From positions 67,786,272 to 67,850,271 of the forward strand of contig NC_068984.1 in the NCBI RefSeq assembly GCF_001194135.2: a stretch of DNA of 64,000 nucleotides, written 5' to 3'. Source of the stretch: Octopus bimaculoides. Its lineage: Eukaryota. How positions within the stretch are numbered: position 1 is the stretch's first letter; every line of letters begins with the position of its first letter. The position numbers and the translations under genes are program-made. Shown one piece after another: positions 28,324-40,984 of the stretch. The notes beneath the pieces were generated by a model, which saw only the letters and a list, made by a program, of their open reading frames with translations, ran no database searches and was not told the DNA's origin.

Positions 28324-28631
28324 GTAAGTCTCTACACTTAATCGTTCGGTTATCATACCGAATAACTGCAGCTTGTATTATCCCATCTGACTAGACGCTA
28401 AACAAAACATTAGCATGAACCATAAAGAACAACGTAATGGTTTTGGCACAAGAGCAACAATTTTAAGGAGAGGGTTATTTGACTGTTACTTTATGTTATG
28501 GACTTCCGAAAGGATGAAAGATAATTTGGCCAAAGTGGAATTTTTAACTCAAATGTTAAAAGCCGGGAGAAATGCCGTTAAACATTTTGTTCAATGCGCT
28601 AAACATACTGACAGCTAAGCGCCGTATCCTT

Positions 28632-28790
28632 CAAAATTTGAGCACAAGGCCAGAAATTTCAGGTTGGCTGGGTAGTCTATTATATCGATCCCAGTTCTTG
28701 GCTAGTACTTTATTTTATCGAGACCGCGAAAGAATGAAATGCAAAGTTGACCTCGGTGGTAAATAAATACTGCACAAGGCATTTTTTAAG
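28632..28790 (-). mobile_element. SINE family B, 3' part
   Basis: gcacaaggccagaaattt..tcgatcccagt..ttttatcga..gaaatgcaaagttgacctcgg. Confidence 0.8.
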
Positions 28791-28835
28791 CTCAAAAGAC
28801 TAAACTCATCCAACACTCTGAAACAAGAACATCAA

Positions 28836-28851
28836 CAACAACTACAACGAC

Positions 28852-28931
<80 letters not shown>
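28836..28931. repeat. (AAC)/(AAT)n microsatellite
   Basis: Pure AAT run directly before a SINE head. Confidence 0.95.
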
Positions 28932-28934
<3 letters not shown>

Positions 28935-28939
28935 ACTAT

Positions 28940-29165
28940 AGGCGCAGGAGTGGCTGTGTGGTAAGTAGCTTGCTTATCAACCACATGATTCCTAGTTCAG
29001 TCCCACTGCGTGGCACCTTGGGCAAGTGTCTTCTACTACAGCCTCGGGCCGACCAAAGCCTTGTGAGTGGATTTGGTAGACGGAAACTGAAAGAAACCCG
29101 TCGTATATATATGTATATATATGTATGTCTGTTTCTGTGTCTGTGTTTGTCCCCCCACTATCATG
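28940..29165 (+). mobile_element. SINE family A, well-preserved 5' half
   Basis: GGCGCAGGAGTGGCTGTGTGGTAAG (A-box-like), TAGTTCAGTCC (B-box-like), then GGCACCTTGGGCAAGTGTCTT (resembles the CORE-SINE CCTTGGGCAAGT motif), then the internal TA/TG-rich linker. Confidence 0.88.
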
Positions 29166-29937
29166 TTTTGTTCTTCTCAAACTTAGAATGCTATGTAGAA
29201 ATCGAAAATGGTATCTTTCAAACATGATAATTGATAACATACAATTGTTTTTTATTAGTGTGTACGTTTATATAATGAAATTAATGTTTTATAAATTTTT
29301 CAGTAATTTGTATCATTATCTTGATTGACTAAAAGTCTATGGGAAAAAGAAATTCCACTAGACACGTCATCGTCTGAGCAGTATCCTAGTTTTACAATAG
29401 CATGGTTCAATTAATTCGATAAGTATATTTACTGAGCAACAGCATGCAGAGCTCGATTCATTGGATGTGAAGACTATTCGAAAAGATAGCTATAGCCTCA
29501 GTTTTCTAACCTCACATATATTTTATTTAACAAAATTAGATCATTCCATATATTTCCTTCCTTTTTTATGGCCTTTTAAGTGGATTTTATGGTATATTTT
29601 GAATAACCATTTTAAAAAATCATTGTCAATAAATTCTTTGGAACCTACAAGGGGCTCCGATTTAAGCGTCAAATTAACCCAGCTTACTCACCGACTAACT
29701 TATTTCCCTTTGTGAACTTTTTAATACATAGATTTACATATTTTTTTCTTTATTGAAGAGAGTAATAAATAAACGTTAATATCGTTTATATCGTTTATAA
29801 ATACAGTATTTAAATATACTTCAGGTAAATACATACATTAATGGCACATATATTCTGAAAGTTATCCGACTTTTAACTCGATACATTTTTATTATCTCTC
29901 AACTTTACTCGCTGATACATTCACACACACTCACATA

Positions 29938-29979
29938 CACGTGTGTGTGCATGTGTATGGGTGTATGCGTGCGTGTGTA

Positions 29980-30050
<71 letters not shown>
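29938..30050. repeat. (TG)n microsatellite
   Basis: Imperfect TG run. Confidence 0.95.
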
Positions 30051-31989
30051 ACACGATTAAAATGCTGATTGGTCGATAATTTATGGTGAAATTGATAATC
30101 AGTAATAACAACTAAATCTCAGCGACAATTTAGAATATTTAAAACCATGATGTATAACAATATCTCATTTTTATTTCCCTTTCCCTAAGCTACAAGTCAG
30201 TTAATATGACCAAACATAATTATTACAAACCCTTGATACCTAGGAGCGTTTCATTTTAGAAAGAAAATCCTACTTGTGAAACGCAAACCATTATTTATTG
30301 ACTCGGTTTCCTTTCTAGAAATACATTTCTATTTGTTTCAAAATTGGCACCATGACTAAACTCATACTTACACATAAAATGGCTCAGCTGAATAAAAAAA
30401 AATAGTTAAGAGTTATTCATGCATATTTGTATGTAATAGCATAATACGCGCATAAGCACGATTAAGATAACACAAGAAGAAATCAATATTTCGTTGATGT
30501 TTGGCTTACGACGATTTCTTTTACACTTCCCGATTGATTTAAACATTTGAGCTAAGTCTGATATCTAAAGTAACAGACACTGTGTCTCCTGCCGAAAGTT
30601 TGATCAAAAATAAACGTTCTGTTGAAAAAAAGCAAGGAAAGATATCTATCTATCTCAGTCAAGCATATTTAGCGATTTGTGATATTAACTCCCATCTAAT
30701 AAGTAAATACAATTTTCCAATACGAAACCTCGACCACAAGCAACAAGCAACTAAAATTGATATGTTGGAATGAAAGAAAAAGATAACGAATATTTTTCTT
30801 TGTCTTATCTCAATCACATTTTTTAAGGGAATAACAGCAAATTCCTATTTGGTTAAATGACTAACTAGCTGCATTTTTTAATGTTCTTTTATTGTCGGGG
30901 TATTTTTGTTTTGTTTTTTTGGTCCTAATCGAGAGTTATATCTGCTTCAGTTCTCATCGCAAAATGCCAATGCCTAATAGTTACCCTCGTAAAGGCTTTT
31001 TTCATAGCCGAAAGTAGCATCATACTGTATAATTAACAATTGTTTCGTTAGCTAGGAATACTGAACTGAAACACTTTAATAGTAGATGGATATCACTCCA
31101 GAGTATCTTTCTCAAATCACTACATGATGTATTGCTTGTGACTGATACCAAAATTTTCATATAGATATATTTAGATTTGAACATCTCTACTGTAACAGAA
31201 GATAACTTCTAAAGTATCCCATTAACACAATCTGCCATATAAATGTTATTGTTCATAGCCAAGAAATTCTCTTAGATCTTCAGCAGCTGCAATGCAATAA
31301 TGTTATCGGAATTTTACTTTTAGTCGATAGACAAGGTATATATGATTATCAAGGCATTAGGGATTCTGGCCATATCTATAAGCATAATATATGCATTCAA
31401 TATATAAAACGAAAATATTGCTTTGCTTTTTATGAAAGCCTTTTGTGTGATGTTAAAAAATATATGATGAAATATACCTGAGTAGAATACTCTCAATATA
31501 CTTTTCCTATATACCTTTGCTGTTGAGTCTGAATATTTTAACATCTGGAGCTCTATCACTTTGTATATATTGCATAGAATTACTGACGCACAGTGGAACA
31601 TCTCTAATTAGGTCGTATTCTATACAAATTAATCGTTATAGCAATGAAGAAATTCATTAAACAATGAGTGACTTGTATATCAAATGAAATATGTAGAATC
31701 CCTATTTACAGTTCTGTGGCATTTGAATCTAATTGAACTAACATCGCGCTTCATCGAATATTCTTTTTGAAGAAAAGCAGCAGTGTATCAAATCAAAGAA
31801 ATTTTGTAATAACTATTTATTTGTCTTGGAATAGAAGTAATTGTCGCAAAACGTTTGTCACTATAACAAAAGTAAATCTTTTTAGCTACATGTTTATTTT
31901 CAGTTGAGGAAATGATGAAAACAACACCAAAGAGAATAAATAAATGGAGCATTTTATGTACCAACTGAAAAATTTATTTTAGATATTTA

Positions 31990-32135
31990 TTTCAAATTTT
32001 GGCTCAAGGCCAGCAAGTTCGAGGAAATGAATGTGCTGATTACATCGATCCCAATGTTGAACTAGCATTTATTTTATCGACCACGAAAGGACGAAGGGCA
32101 AAGTCGACCTTGGCGGAATTTGAACTCAGAACTTA
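31990..32135 (-). mobile_element. SINE family B, 3' part
   Basis: ggctcaaggccagcaa..tacatcgatccca..ttttatcgacc..ggcaaagtcgaccttggcggaatttgaactcagaac. Confidence 0.88.
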
Positions 32136-33337
32136 AAGTTATTATAGATATTAACTTGACTGATATATAAATAGTCTAAAAAATTATGCATAGAACTAAC
32201 TGTATAGAAGATGATTAAGTCTTAAAAAATTGGAAATGGCTATAGTTCAATTGCTTAACTTGTATTTTATAAGCTCTAACATCACTTCAGGATGTGCTAA
32301 AAAAACTTCGTTATAAACTAATAACTGCATCTATACCTTGAGATTATTTTTTTAGATATGGTTCATACACAGTGACTAATTGAGAACGCATTCGATCTTC
32401 TGAACATACTGTACTTACACAGAACGAGACTTAACTAAGTTGAAGTTATGACCCTCCATTAGCCAGGCTGGTATTATTTCTCTCGGAAATAAAACCCCAA
32501 ATGGATTTTAGAGCGAGTATAGAAATATGGTCTTGTAGAGAACTGATTGCTTCGTGTTTTGCTTAGAATGTAGTTTGCATTTAAAGCCATAATTATTATT
32601 CACCCTATAGAAACTTCCTTTCATAAATCTTTAATTACAAAAGCTAATAAAAAAAATACCTGATAACAGCTCCTTTCTGTAAATTTCATTCATTGCTTTT
32701 ACTATCTGTTCATGATTTAAATTGATGAGTGAAAGGAATTCCATATTTCAGAAAAAAACGCCGCTGAAAGATATTCAATAGAGTAATATCCCAGAATTAT
32801 TCATCAACCACTTCAATCCTCGATCCATTAATTAAAGGTACATGTACTTCTTTTCACCTAAATCAAATGATGTTCATGGAACAATGAAATAACTGTTTAC
32901 ATATTCATATCGTTCCATATTTCCCATAATTTTTTTCTCAAACCTGTATAACGGGAATTTAAGAGTTTTACTCGAATTAAACCCTATTGTAGTTAACAAC
33001 GAAGCTGAAAAATATTTAATCATTCGATTTTAAAATACTATGGTGCTGGTAGTAGAGCAAGAGGTTATCTTCTGAGAAGCAAAAATCGGAGTGTGATTTC
33101 AATTTCCAGTTGAAATAGGCTATTTCGTTTTAGTTATAACATTAATACCTTTTAGGTTATCACACACTTCCTAATTTATATCTTTTAAAATGCAAGGAAT
33201 TTGTAATTAGTAAAATAAAATATTTTTTGCTTTCAGGAATTAATTTCAATTTATCTTGCAAGTTTTAATGTATAGTAAACTATCTGTTTACCTATTTGTC
33301 TGTCTGTTTATTTGTCAGTATTGTCTGTATGTCTGTC

Positions 33338-33368
<31 letters not shown>

Positions 33369-33458
33369 GTATGTATGTATGTATGTATGTATGTATGTAT
33401 GCATGTATGTGTATGTATGTATGTATGTATGTATGTATGTATGTATGTATGTATGTAT
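33338..33458. repeat. (ATGT)n microsatellite
   Basis: Near-pure run. Confidence 0.95.
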
Positions 33459-36400
33459 TTGTGAACCTGAGGTTTTACAACAAAAAATGGAATTATTACT
33501 TATTCGGTGAGATAGAAAAATCACAAAAAGCACTCTTTCTCAAATTCAAACTTATTTTTGCAACTTCATTGCTTTGCTTAGGAAGTGGGGGTAGAACAGT
33601 ATCCATTTTCCGGGTTTAGTCTCATATAACTTAATTTGAAATTGAACTCCAGCAAATTTCTCGCTTAATATACGGTTTTCGTATGGGCAGTGTAACCTGT
33701 GGTAGTTATGTAATTGTAGTTTCTACGTTAAATTCACAAGGCAATAAAAATGTATCATTATCAGAAGTACCAGAAATTCGCAGCATTAAATTATCGTACC
33801 AACAACATTTTTCTTTTCAACTCAACTCGAATCGAATATAGATTAAGCATATTGGATGATGTAAGGTGATGATGTTGATACAAAATATCTACTATAAAAG
33901 TGTACACACATGATTGATAATATTGATTTTTATCGATCGATACACACATACACTTACACATATATACACACACAATCACACACACAAATATATATATATA
34001 NNNNNNNNNNNNNNNNNNNNNNNNNNNNNNNNNNNNNNNNNNNNNNNNNNNNNNNNNNNNNNNNNNNNNNNNNTATATATAGACATTGAAGGTGAGTCTA
34101 AGATTAAAGATTACATGCTTTATAGATTTTCATTTAACTATATATAATATATATAAGTACGTATTACTCTTATAAATGAGAAGAAACACGAATAAATAGT
34201 ATATCTCCAAACAACTTTAGCCGAGCTTTCGAATTAGCAGTTTATGTATTTAGTACGCTGTTACGTAAAAGTTATGCACTTTTACCTCATTGTTCGAAAC
34301 TTCACTTCACTAATGCGCTTGCAAAAAGTAACTATTTTTCGATTTTTAATTCCGTTTGCTTATGTGATAGATGTCTCGCCCGAAGCGTTAGAGTTTTCTT
34401 CTCTTCTTTCTCATAACGTATTTTCTTTCTATTGTAATGTCTATTCTTCAGCATACAGACAAGTGTAACATAACATAGCTAAACAGTAGACGTGAGCAAT
34501 ATTGTAAGGTTAATGTTTATAGTCTGCACGTAGAAAAAGTGAATACACATAATGGTTTATTCCGACTCTGAAAATTATATGCATCAGTTATATACTGTAG
34601 ATGTGATTTTGGGCTAAACCAACTGAGATCGGTATTAGAAATAGAGTATTCTTGTTCTGAGCTAAATCAAGTGAGACCAATATTACAAATAGTCTATTCC
34701 TGTTCAGCTACATCATCTGAAAAATATGAAAATAGTTTACTTTTTAGATTGCCATCACTTTGCTTAGACCGTGCAACTAACTTTCAGAAAGATATAAAGC
34801 TCACAATTATTTCCTTTCCTTTAATAGAACATTTGATTTCGAGCTTATCTAAGATTTTACTATTCATATTATGCATTTAATTGTATACACACTCATCTGA
34901 GTGAAATTTTCATGGTTTATAAAATTATTAAACTATTTCTTGCATGCTAGTGTTATATCCATCATTTTGTAAATATCTGCAAGAGTTATTAAACAGTAGA
35001 TCATAGAGCATATACGACGGCAAAATGGATCAACTTCATATAAATACACTATGAATAATAATTTTGTGCATAACTAAGCAATGCAATGTGAAATCAGTTC
35101 TTAATTATCTGTCAACACGTGGAGCCTTAAAATCTTGTTTGCCTTGTGATCATTGATTGTAAAATATTTCTTCTATTTATTTCATGAGATTAGAATACAC
35201 TATAATTTATTTTTTGTGGGTTTTTACATAGAAAACAAGAAACAAAGATAAATCAGAAATAAAATGAACTAGCGTACAACTATGTTACATTTTATGTTTT
35301 AAGACATAAATTGTAAGCATTTCTCGATAAGTTGTTCTACAATTTGAGATTCCATATTTTAAATTAATTTTGTGAATTTCTAAACACAGTTTAACTTTTG
35401 TATTATTGATTCTATGGAAGCTGGAATTATAGAAGATTTGCAATTTTAATGACTACTAATTAAAGAGTTAGATTATTGATATAATAATATTTTAATGTTG
35501 TGCTTTCTTATTTTGAAAAATGCATGTATCCCCAATATAGCTAAGGAGATTCTGCTTAAAAATTCAAATCTGTAAGATAATAAAATATACTAATAATTCA
35601 GAAATATAATATTACTCGCTGATCATTGAAAACTACACAAATATTATTTAATATACACATTCCAATTAGGTAGTTAGAAATAACTTTATTTTATTATTTA
35701 TACCTTATTTTAGAGACATGACTCAATATATATATCCTGCTTGTCAAAAGTATTACACAGTTGGAAAACCGGAGGACAGAACAAATGCACATATAATTAT
35801 ATTTTTCTCTGTAGTAATATATTTATTTATAAAGGTATTGCGAGTCACACGTGAATGTTTTGGTACACACACAAAATAGTAATAAAGGTACTATATACAA
35901 AATTTACGAACCGCTGATTGGATACTCCGTGTGATAAATAATATATGTACTCTCAATATACCATGGTGTTTCACTTACAACAATGAAAGGTTTTTCTTTA
36001 AATTTTATATCAAGGGTAGTATGAATCCAGACAGATAAATTTATCTACAAATTGATAATTGAAAACAGACTTTCACTTAATATTTTCATATTTACGTTGC
36101 ATAATTCTCATGAAAAAATTTGTAAATAAAACTTTGACCTTTAGAGAATACATCAATGCTGCACACTGAATCTAAGGTGAATATGTAATCAAATTATCAG
36201 ACGATTCCTTCCCACCACCAAAAAACACAAAACAACAACAATAACAAACGTGATGTATATGGTGTCATGTGAATATTCAGGATTGAGAAAAAGTTAGGGT
36301 CAACAGTTTACATATATGTACGTTATTGATTAAATGTGAAAACAATCGTTAATGGAAACATTTCTCCAGCTGCACATTTGTCTAAACTCATATTTCTTTA

Positions 36401-37048
36401 TGTATGCAAACATTCAAAAGCCATTAATTTCTCATTATGATGATTAATCCACAGCATTTGTTAACAGTAGACATGAAAAATCTTAACGATAAATTCTTGA
36501 TGGAAAACAGAGTACATATAAAATTTAGACAACAATTTGCTGAAGACAACTTTATCCCTGACTTATGATGAAACAAGAGTATAGAAACCATACCTGCTAT
36601 TCACGAAAAATGCAGATTAAACTTACAATTAAAAATATTAATCTTAAATTTCATAATAAAAGTCATTAAATCCACTTTTATTTCCATGAGCATCTTTAAT
36701 ACATGAAAACTGAAATAAGGGTGGTTTTCTGTTGTAAACTATTATCATGAATCAAATTCCAGCATCGACTACTAGATTGGAGGGAATGTATGACAAATAT
36801 ATCTTCAGACTATAAAATAACTATAAATGACAACCATTACGTTTGAAGAAGGACTCTTGCCTATTTAAATTTCATTAATTTCCAGAAGACAGACCTTTAT
36901 GAGGTCGAAATCACTGAATCCAGACATAAAATATTGTTTTATTTTAATGAAATATCTGAACGGATGTTGATGCACATTAGCAGGTCTTTACTCATACATT
37001 CACATAAATCAGCACAGTGCATGTTAAATTCTGCTGCTCTACACGTAC

Positions 37049-37100
37049 CAAAGGCTGCCATCTGTCCACTGTTTTATTGCATTTAACAATTTATTGTTTG
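37049..37100 (-). CDS. Candidate 52-nt internal exon ((A)NNKLLNAIKQWTDGSL), phase 1-2
   Basis: Pyrimidine-rich TTCCTTGTTTTTTTGGCTTTGTAATGTGCTGTACCAG acceptor and TTG|GTACGT donor. Only one frame is open, and it is phase-compatible with 39122-39223. Confidence 0.3.
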
Positions 37101-39121
37101 CTGGTACAGCACATTACAAAGCCAAAAAAACAAGGAATGTAAATTGCGATCTTTCGGTTTTGATTTGAGCAGAAACAAGACGTATTGGTAAAATAAATCT
37201 TTCAATTTAATTATTCAATTTATAATACTATTTTCTTAAAATCTAACTTTAATAATACGTTGTTTTCGCAAAGAGTGATTAAATTGCAGCAAACTGTTGA
37301 AGGAGAAAATTTAGTGTCTTTCAAACTTAAATTGTCAGACAAAATATCTTACTGTATTCTAAAAGTTGTAACCGTAGAAGGAAGGACATTAGCCGAGGTG
37401 CTCTTGTAACATTTGGAATACAGTGAATATTTTCCCTACAAAATTGATACTGACGAAGATTTTACTATAAAGGATTTGTCAATTTAAAAGTTGTTCTCAA
37501 TATTCTAAAAGTAAATAATTCTCTATTTCTATTGTCGGATAGAAGACACGTGTGCTGAAAGGGAGAGGACACAGTTGTATACCGTATATTTTAAAACATA
37601 AAGAGTGGCCCTTTAATGTATAACAGTCTGTTTTCCAGTCTGGCATCAACTGCCAGGTTCAGTTTTCTTTTTTCGCTTCAATGTTAGGGAACGAAATTTA
37701 CAAATATTACAAAATTGTATCTGAGGTCCTTTCATTACAAGTCGTGTAGATGAGTATCTTCATTTATTCATCCAGTCATTCATTCATCAATCATTCATTC
37801 ATGTACATGTGTTTCTAATAGAGTTGTAATTATATTCTGTGAGAAAATATGATTTCTATAAACCTCTTACAAGCATGATCGACAAAAATAAACAACGTTT
37901 AATCATCAGAGTAAATCAAATGTTGATTTCGGATTAAATCTGTTTATTTACTTCAATTCAGGCTACTTTTAATCATTTCATTTCGTTTTACAGCAACTTA
38001 ATTACAGGTTACAGATCCCAAATTCCTACGAGGTGCTTAATGTATATAAATACAAGTCTCCTCACCTCGATGTATCTAACTAAACCCAAGCTTATATTCT
38101 ATCAATCTAAAGGTGAGCAATGTTCTTAAAGTGGAAAAGATAATATAATTTCTATTCTCTGATGAATGTATTTACATTTACATATTTTAAACTTAGAAAT
38201 GACATGAACTCCACAAAACCTCATTTTCTCACCTCTAAGTTGAGAGATCAATGTTATTAATAAAAAAGGTAACGAGGAATGCAGTGGCCTAAAGTATGTG
38301 TATTATACTATCTATATATCTCTTCAGCGTTTTTCAACACATACTTAAAGTTTGAAACCAGCAAATTAGTTGGTTCCTCCACGTAATTTCATTTTGCAAT
38401 TACCTCCTGCTGCTTTAACAGGCAATACAGAAAACGCGGATAGAAATCGGAAATAAGTATCGATTATCATTAACTAAACACACTAGGTCACTCCTTTCTT
38501 TCGAAGCTGAAGCATGCTATACTGCTAGTTTCTTCCTAAAGGTTTCCTGACTATATTAACGCGTGAAAAGGAATCCAGTTAAATACGCAATCTTCATTAT
38601 CGGAAGCAATTTCTTATATTCATTCGCGAGATCATTCAGTGCAGAATTTCTTATTCATGCGTCATAACTGTGAGTGATATTGCTATAGTGTGCTGCAAAA
38701 TTCTTTACAAAAAATTATATATTATACCCTAGTCTGTAAAGATTTCTATGTTGTGTATTGATTTCTTACAAAAGAGATTTATGAGATAAGATGTTGTGAA
38801 GTTAATGCATATCTGATACTATCGACAATATGTACATATGTAAGAATTTAACTGTAACATAGGTGGCATGTAAGTATAAAAATTCAATTCTCTTCTATTA
38901 TCAGTTATATGACAACGGCTGTGGTGGTTTCCTCAAGATGTAAATGTCCTATCCTAAAATTAATTAGGACAAATATGATTTAATAAATAAGATTCAAATC
39001 AGAATCAAGTCTCTCTTGCAACTTATGGATCTACACTTCTTGGTTTTATTCCTATTGGTTGTCTTCAGTTTGTCAAGCATTAATGGATTATATTTTAGAA
39101 AAGTCGATGTGAAACACTCAC

Positions 39122-39223
39122 CACTAAGAATAGAAAAGTACATTAGGTGTTCGGTTATACTGGAAGCTACGCTTTGTCTGATGCCGTCCAGCAATCTATA
39201 TTGATATTCATTTACAAATATTT
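39122..39223 (-). CDS. Candidate 102-nt internal exon (IFVNEYQYRLLDGIRQSVASSITEHLMYFSILS), phase 1-1
   Basis: TTTATATTCTTACAG acceptor, AGTG|GTGAGT donor, open symmetric frame. Product not recognised. Confidence 0.35.
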
Positions 39224-39588
39224 CTGTAAGAATATAAACTGTTCAGGTTAGCAAGGCATAAGTCACTCAACTGAGAGGACAGTGGAGGAACAGCAATATA
39301 GGTCCCAACAGCAGCCAGTTTCATGTAGCTGGAGTGAAAACACTGGAAACTCGATAACATATACATATGCTCTGCTGATTTCCGAACTAATTTCAAATCT
39401 TTCCGGAGTAAATGTAACATGTAATAGATATTCGTCTTATGCAGGCGAAAATCTGTTTCTAATTAATTTTACGACACAAAAACAGGAAATAAATATCTGT
39501 CCAATGAGATATACATTTATGTAAAAGGAAATAATACATCGAACTGTTAATATATCAGGTATTAAATAAAAATGTTTGCCTCATATTG

Positions 39589-39641
<53 letters not shown>

Positions 39642-39959
39642 CATTATATAGCAAATTTGAAATATGTGATAATAACCAATGGAGGTAAAACCAGATGAAA
39701 ATTTCCTTCAACATTATTTAATACACGGATGCAATTTATACTGAGATTTTATCAACTGCTATTACCTTCTTTTTTTCTTTCATTAGTGCTATGTAAATTA
39801 GATGTGACATTTTGTAATATTAGGGAATAATCATTAATGTACTTCTTCCAACAAGAATTGTTGTTATTATATTTTCTAATATGAAATATGCAATATGCCA
39901 CATGGATGCGTTGTATTGCAGAGACACTTATTGGTAAGAAGTTTAGATTTATTAGAATA

Positions 39960-40004
<45 letters not shown>

Positions 40005-40204
40005 AATATGATTACATCCTTTAATCGCTTCTCTTTTGATAAACGTAATATTACAAATACTTTCTACTATCTACTGGTTTTAGCAGCTGTAATACAATAT
40101 GTGTATTTTTATTTAGGTTTAATAATTACGGCGAGAGACTTAAATATACGACCAACTATGCAATCCAAAAGGTTGATCTTTCACCTTATTTTCTTTATTT
40201 TCAT

Positions 40205-40351
40205 TTATCTACGTTTTATTAAAGTTTCTAAAGATAATATTTCACGACGTATTTCACTCGTTGTCTCTATACAATTCTGTGTTGGAGGCTTCGCCACGTG
40301 TTGCAGTTCTCCGTCAGTGCTTAGAGAACTCTCATTTCTGAGAGGGAAAGT
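40205..40351 (-). CDS. Candidate terminal exon (TFPLRNESSLSTDGELQHVAKPPTQNCIETTSEIRREILSLETLIKRR*)
   Basis: TATTTATTTATTTCTCAG acceptor, 48 open codons to TAA, AATAAA within about 10 nt downstream. Confidence 0.22.
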   Translation of the reverse strand, partial: TFPLRNESSLSTDGELQHVAKPPTQNCIETTSEIRREILSLETLIKRR

Positions 40352-40644
40352 CTGAGAAATAAATAAATATTAAATATTTTCTAAACATTTCATAGAAAAG
40401 AAATCTATGTAATAATAAATCGAATTAGATGCCCTTTGTCTAGACGGAGATTCATAAATACAAATTTGAAAGATATCTAATCGATGCAGTCAAACTATCA
40501 TTAGTTTCTTTAGATTATAATATTCAAAAGAAAAAGCAACAAAATTTGAGCTTTTAAGTAATTTGAAAGGTTAGTATCTAAATCGTGATGCCCCAAAATT
40601 AATCTCTAAACGTTTTCACTTATTTAGCAGATATTTTATTTCAC

Positions 40645-40734
40645 CTTGGTTGATTTTTGAGAGATTGCTGCAATAATAATGATGGAATCTCCTGCTGAAG
40701 GTGACGTTTGAGTGTTCAGGTTTTGCTGAACGCC
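40645..40734 (-). CDS. Candidate 90-nt exon (two open frames)
   Basis: TTATTTGTGCAG acceptor and a weak AAG|GTGAAA donor. The phase-0 reading fits 40351; the phase-1 reading fits 39223. Confidence 0.18.
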
Positions 40735-40814
40735 CTGCACAAATAATTTGTTTATAGTGATTAAATGTATGCACTGTACATTAGATCAATCTCTCCAAAT
40801 CATAATTGCTTGTA

Positions 40815-40968
40815 CATGTGCACAAGTGTTCCGCACGTCAGATGTCAAAATAATCGCAAAGCAACGTGAAATGAAGTATTTCGCCCAAGACCACCACGCA
40901 CCACACGATTCGGGAATCGAAACCACGATCTATCAATTTTGAGCGCAATACCCTATCACTAGGTCATA
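40815..40968 (-). mobile_element. tRNA-headed SINE family C copy
   Basis: Minus strand TGACCTAGTGATAGGGTATTG..GTGGTTTCGATTCC..CTTGGGCGAAATACTTCATTTCACGTTGCT; the same head and core occur at 56340. Confidence 0.75.
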
Positions 40969-40984
40969 CTTATTTTGTCTCTTA

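Noticed and set aside
39208-39420. Minus-strand ORF faintly resembling a hAT dimerisation domain (YMKLAAV..IAVP)
   Set aside because: It lacks the W and SER-FS hallmarks and has no TIRs. The region is better explained as intron before an acceptor.
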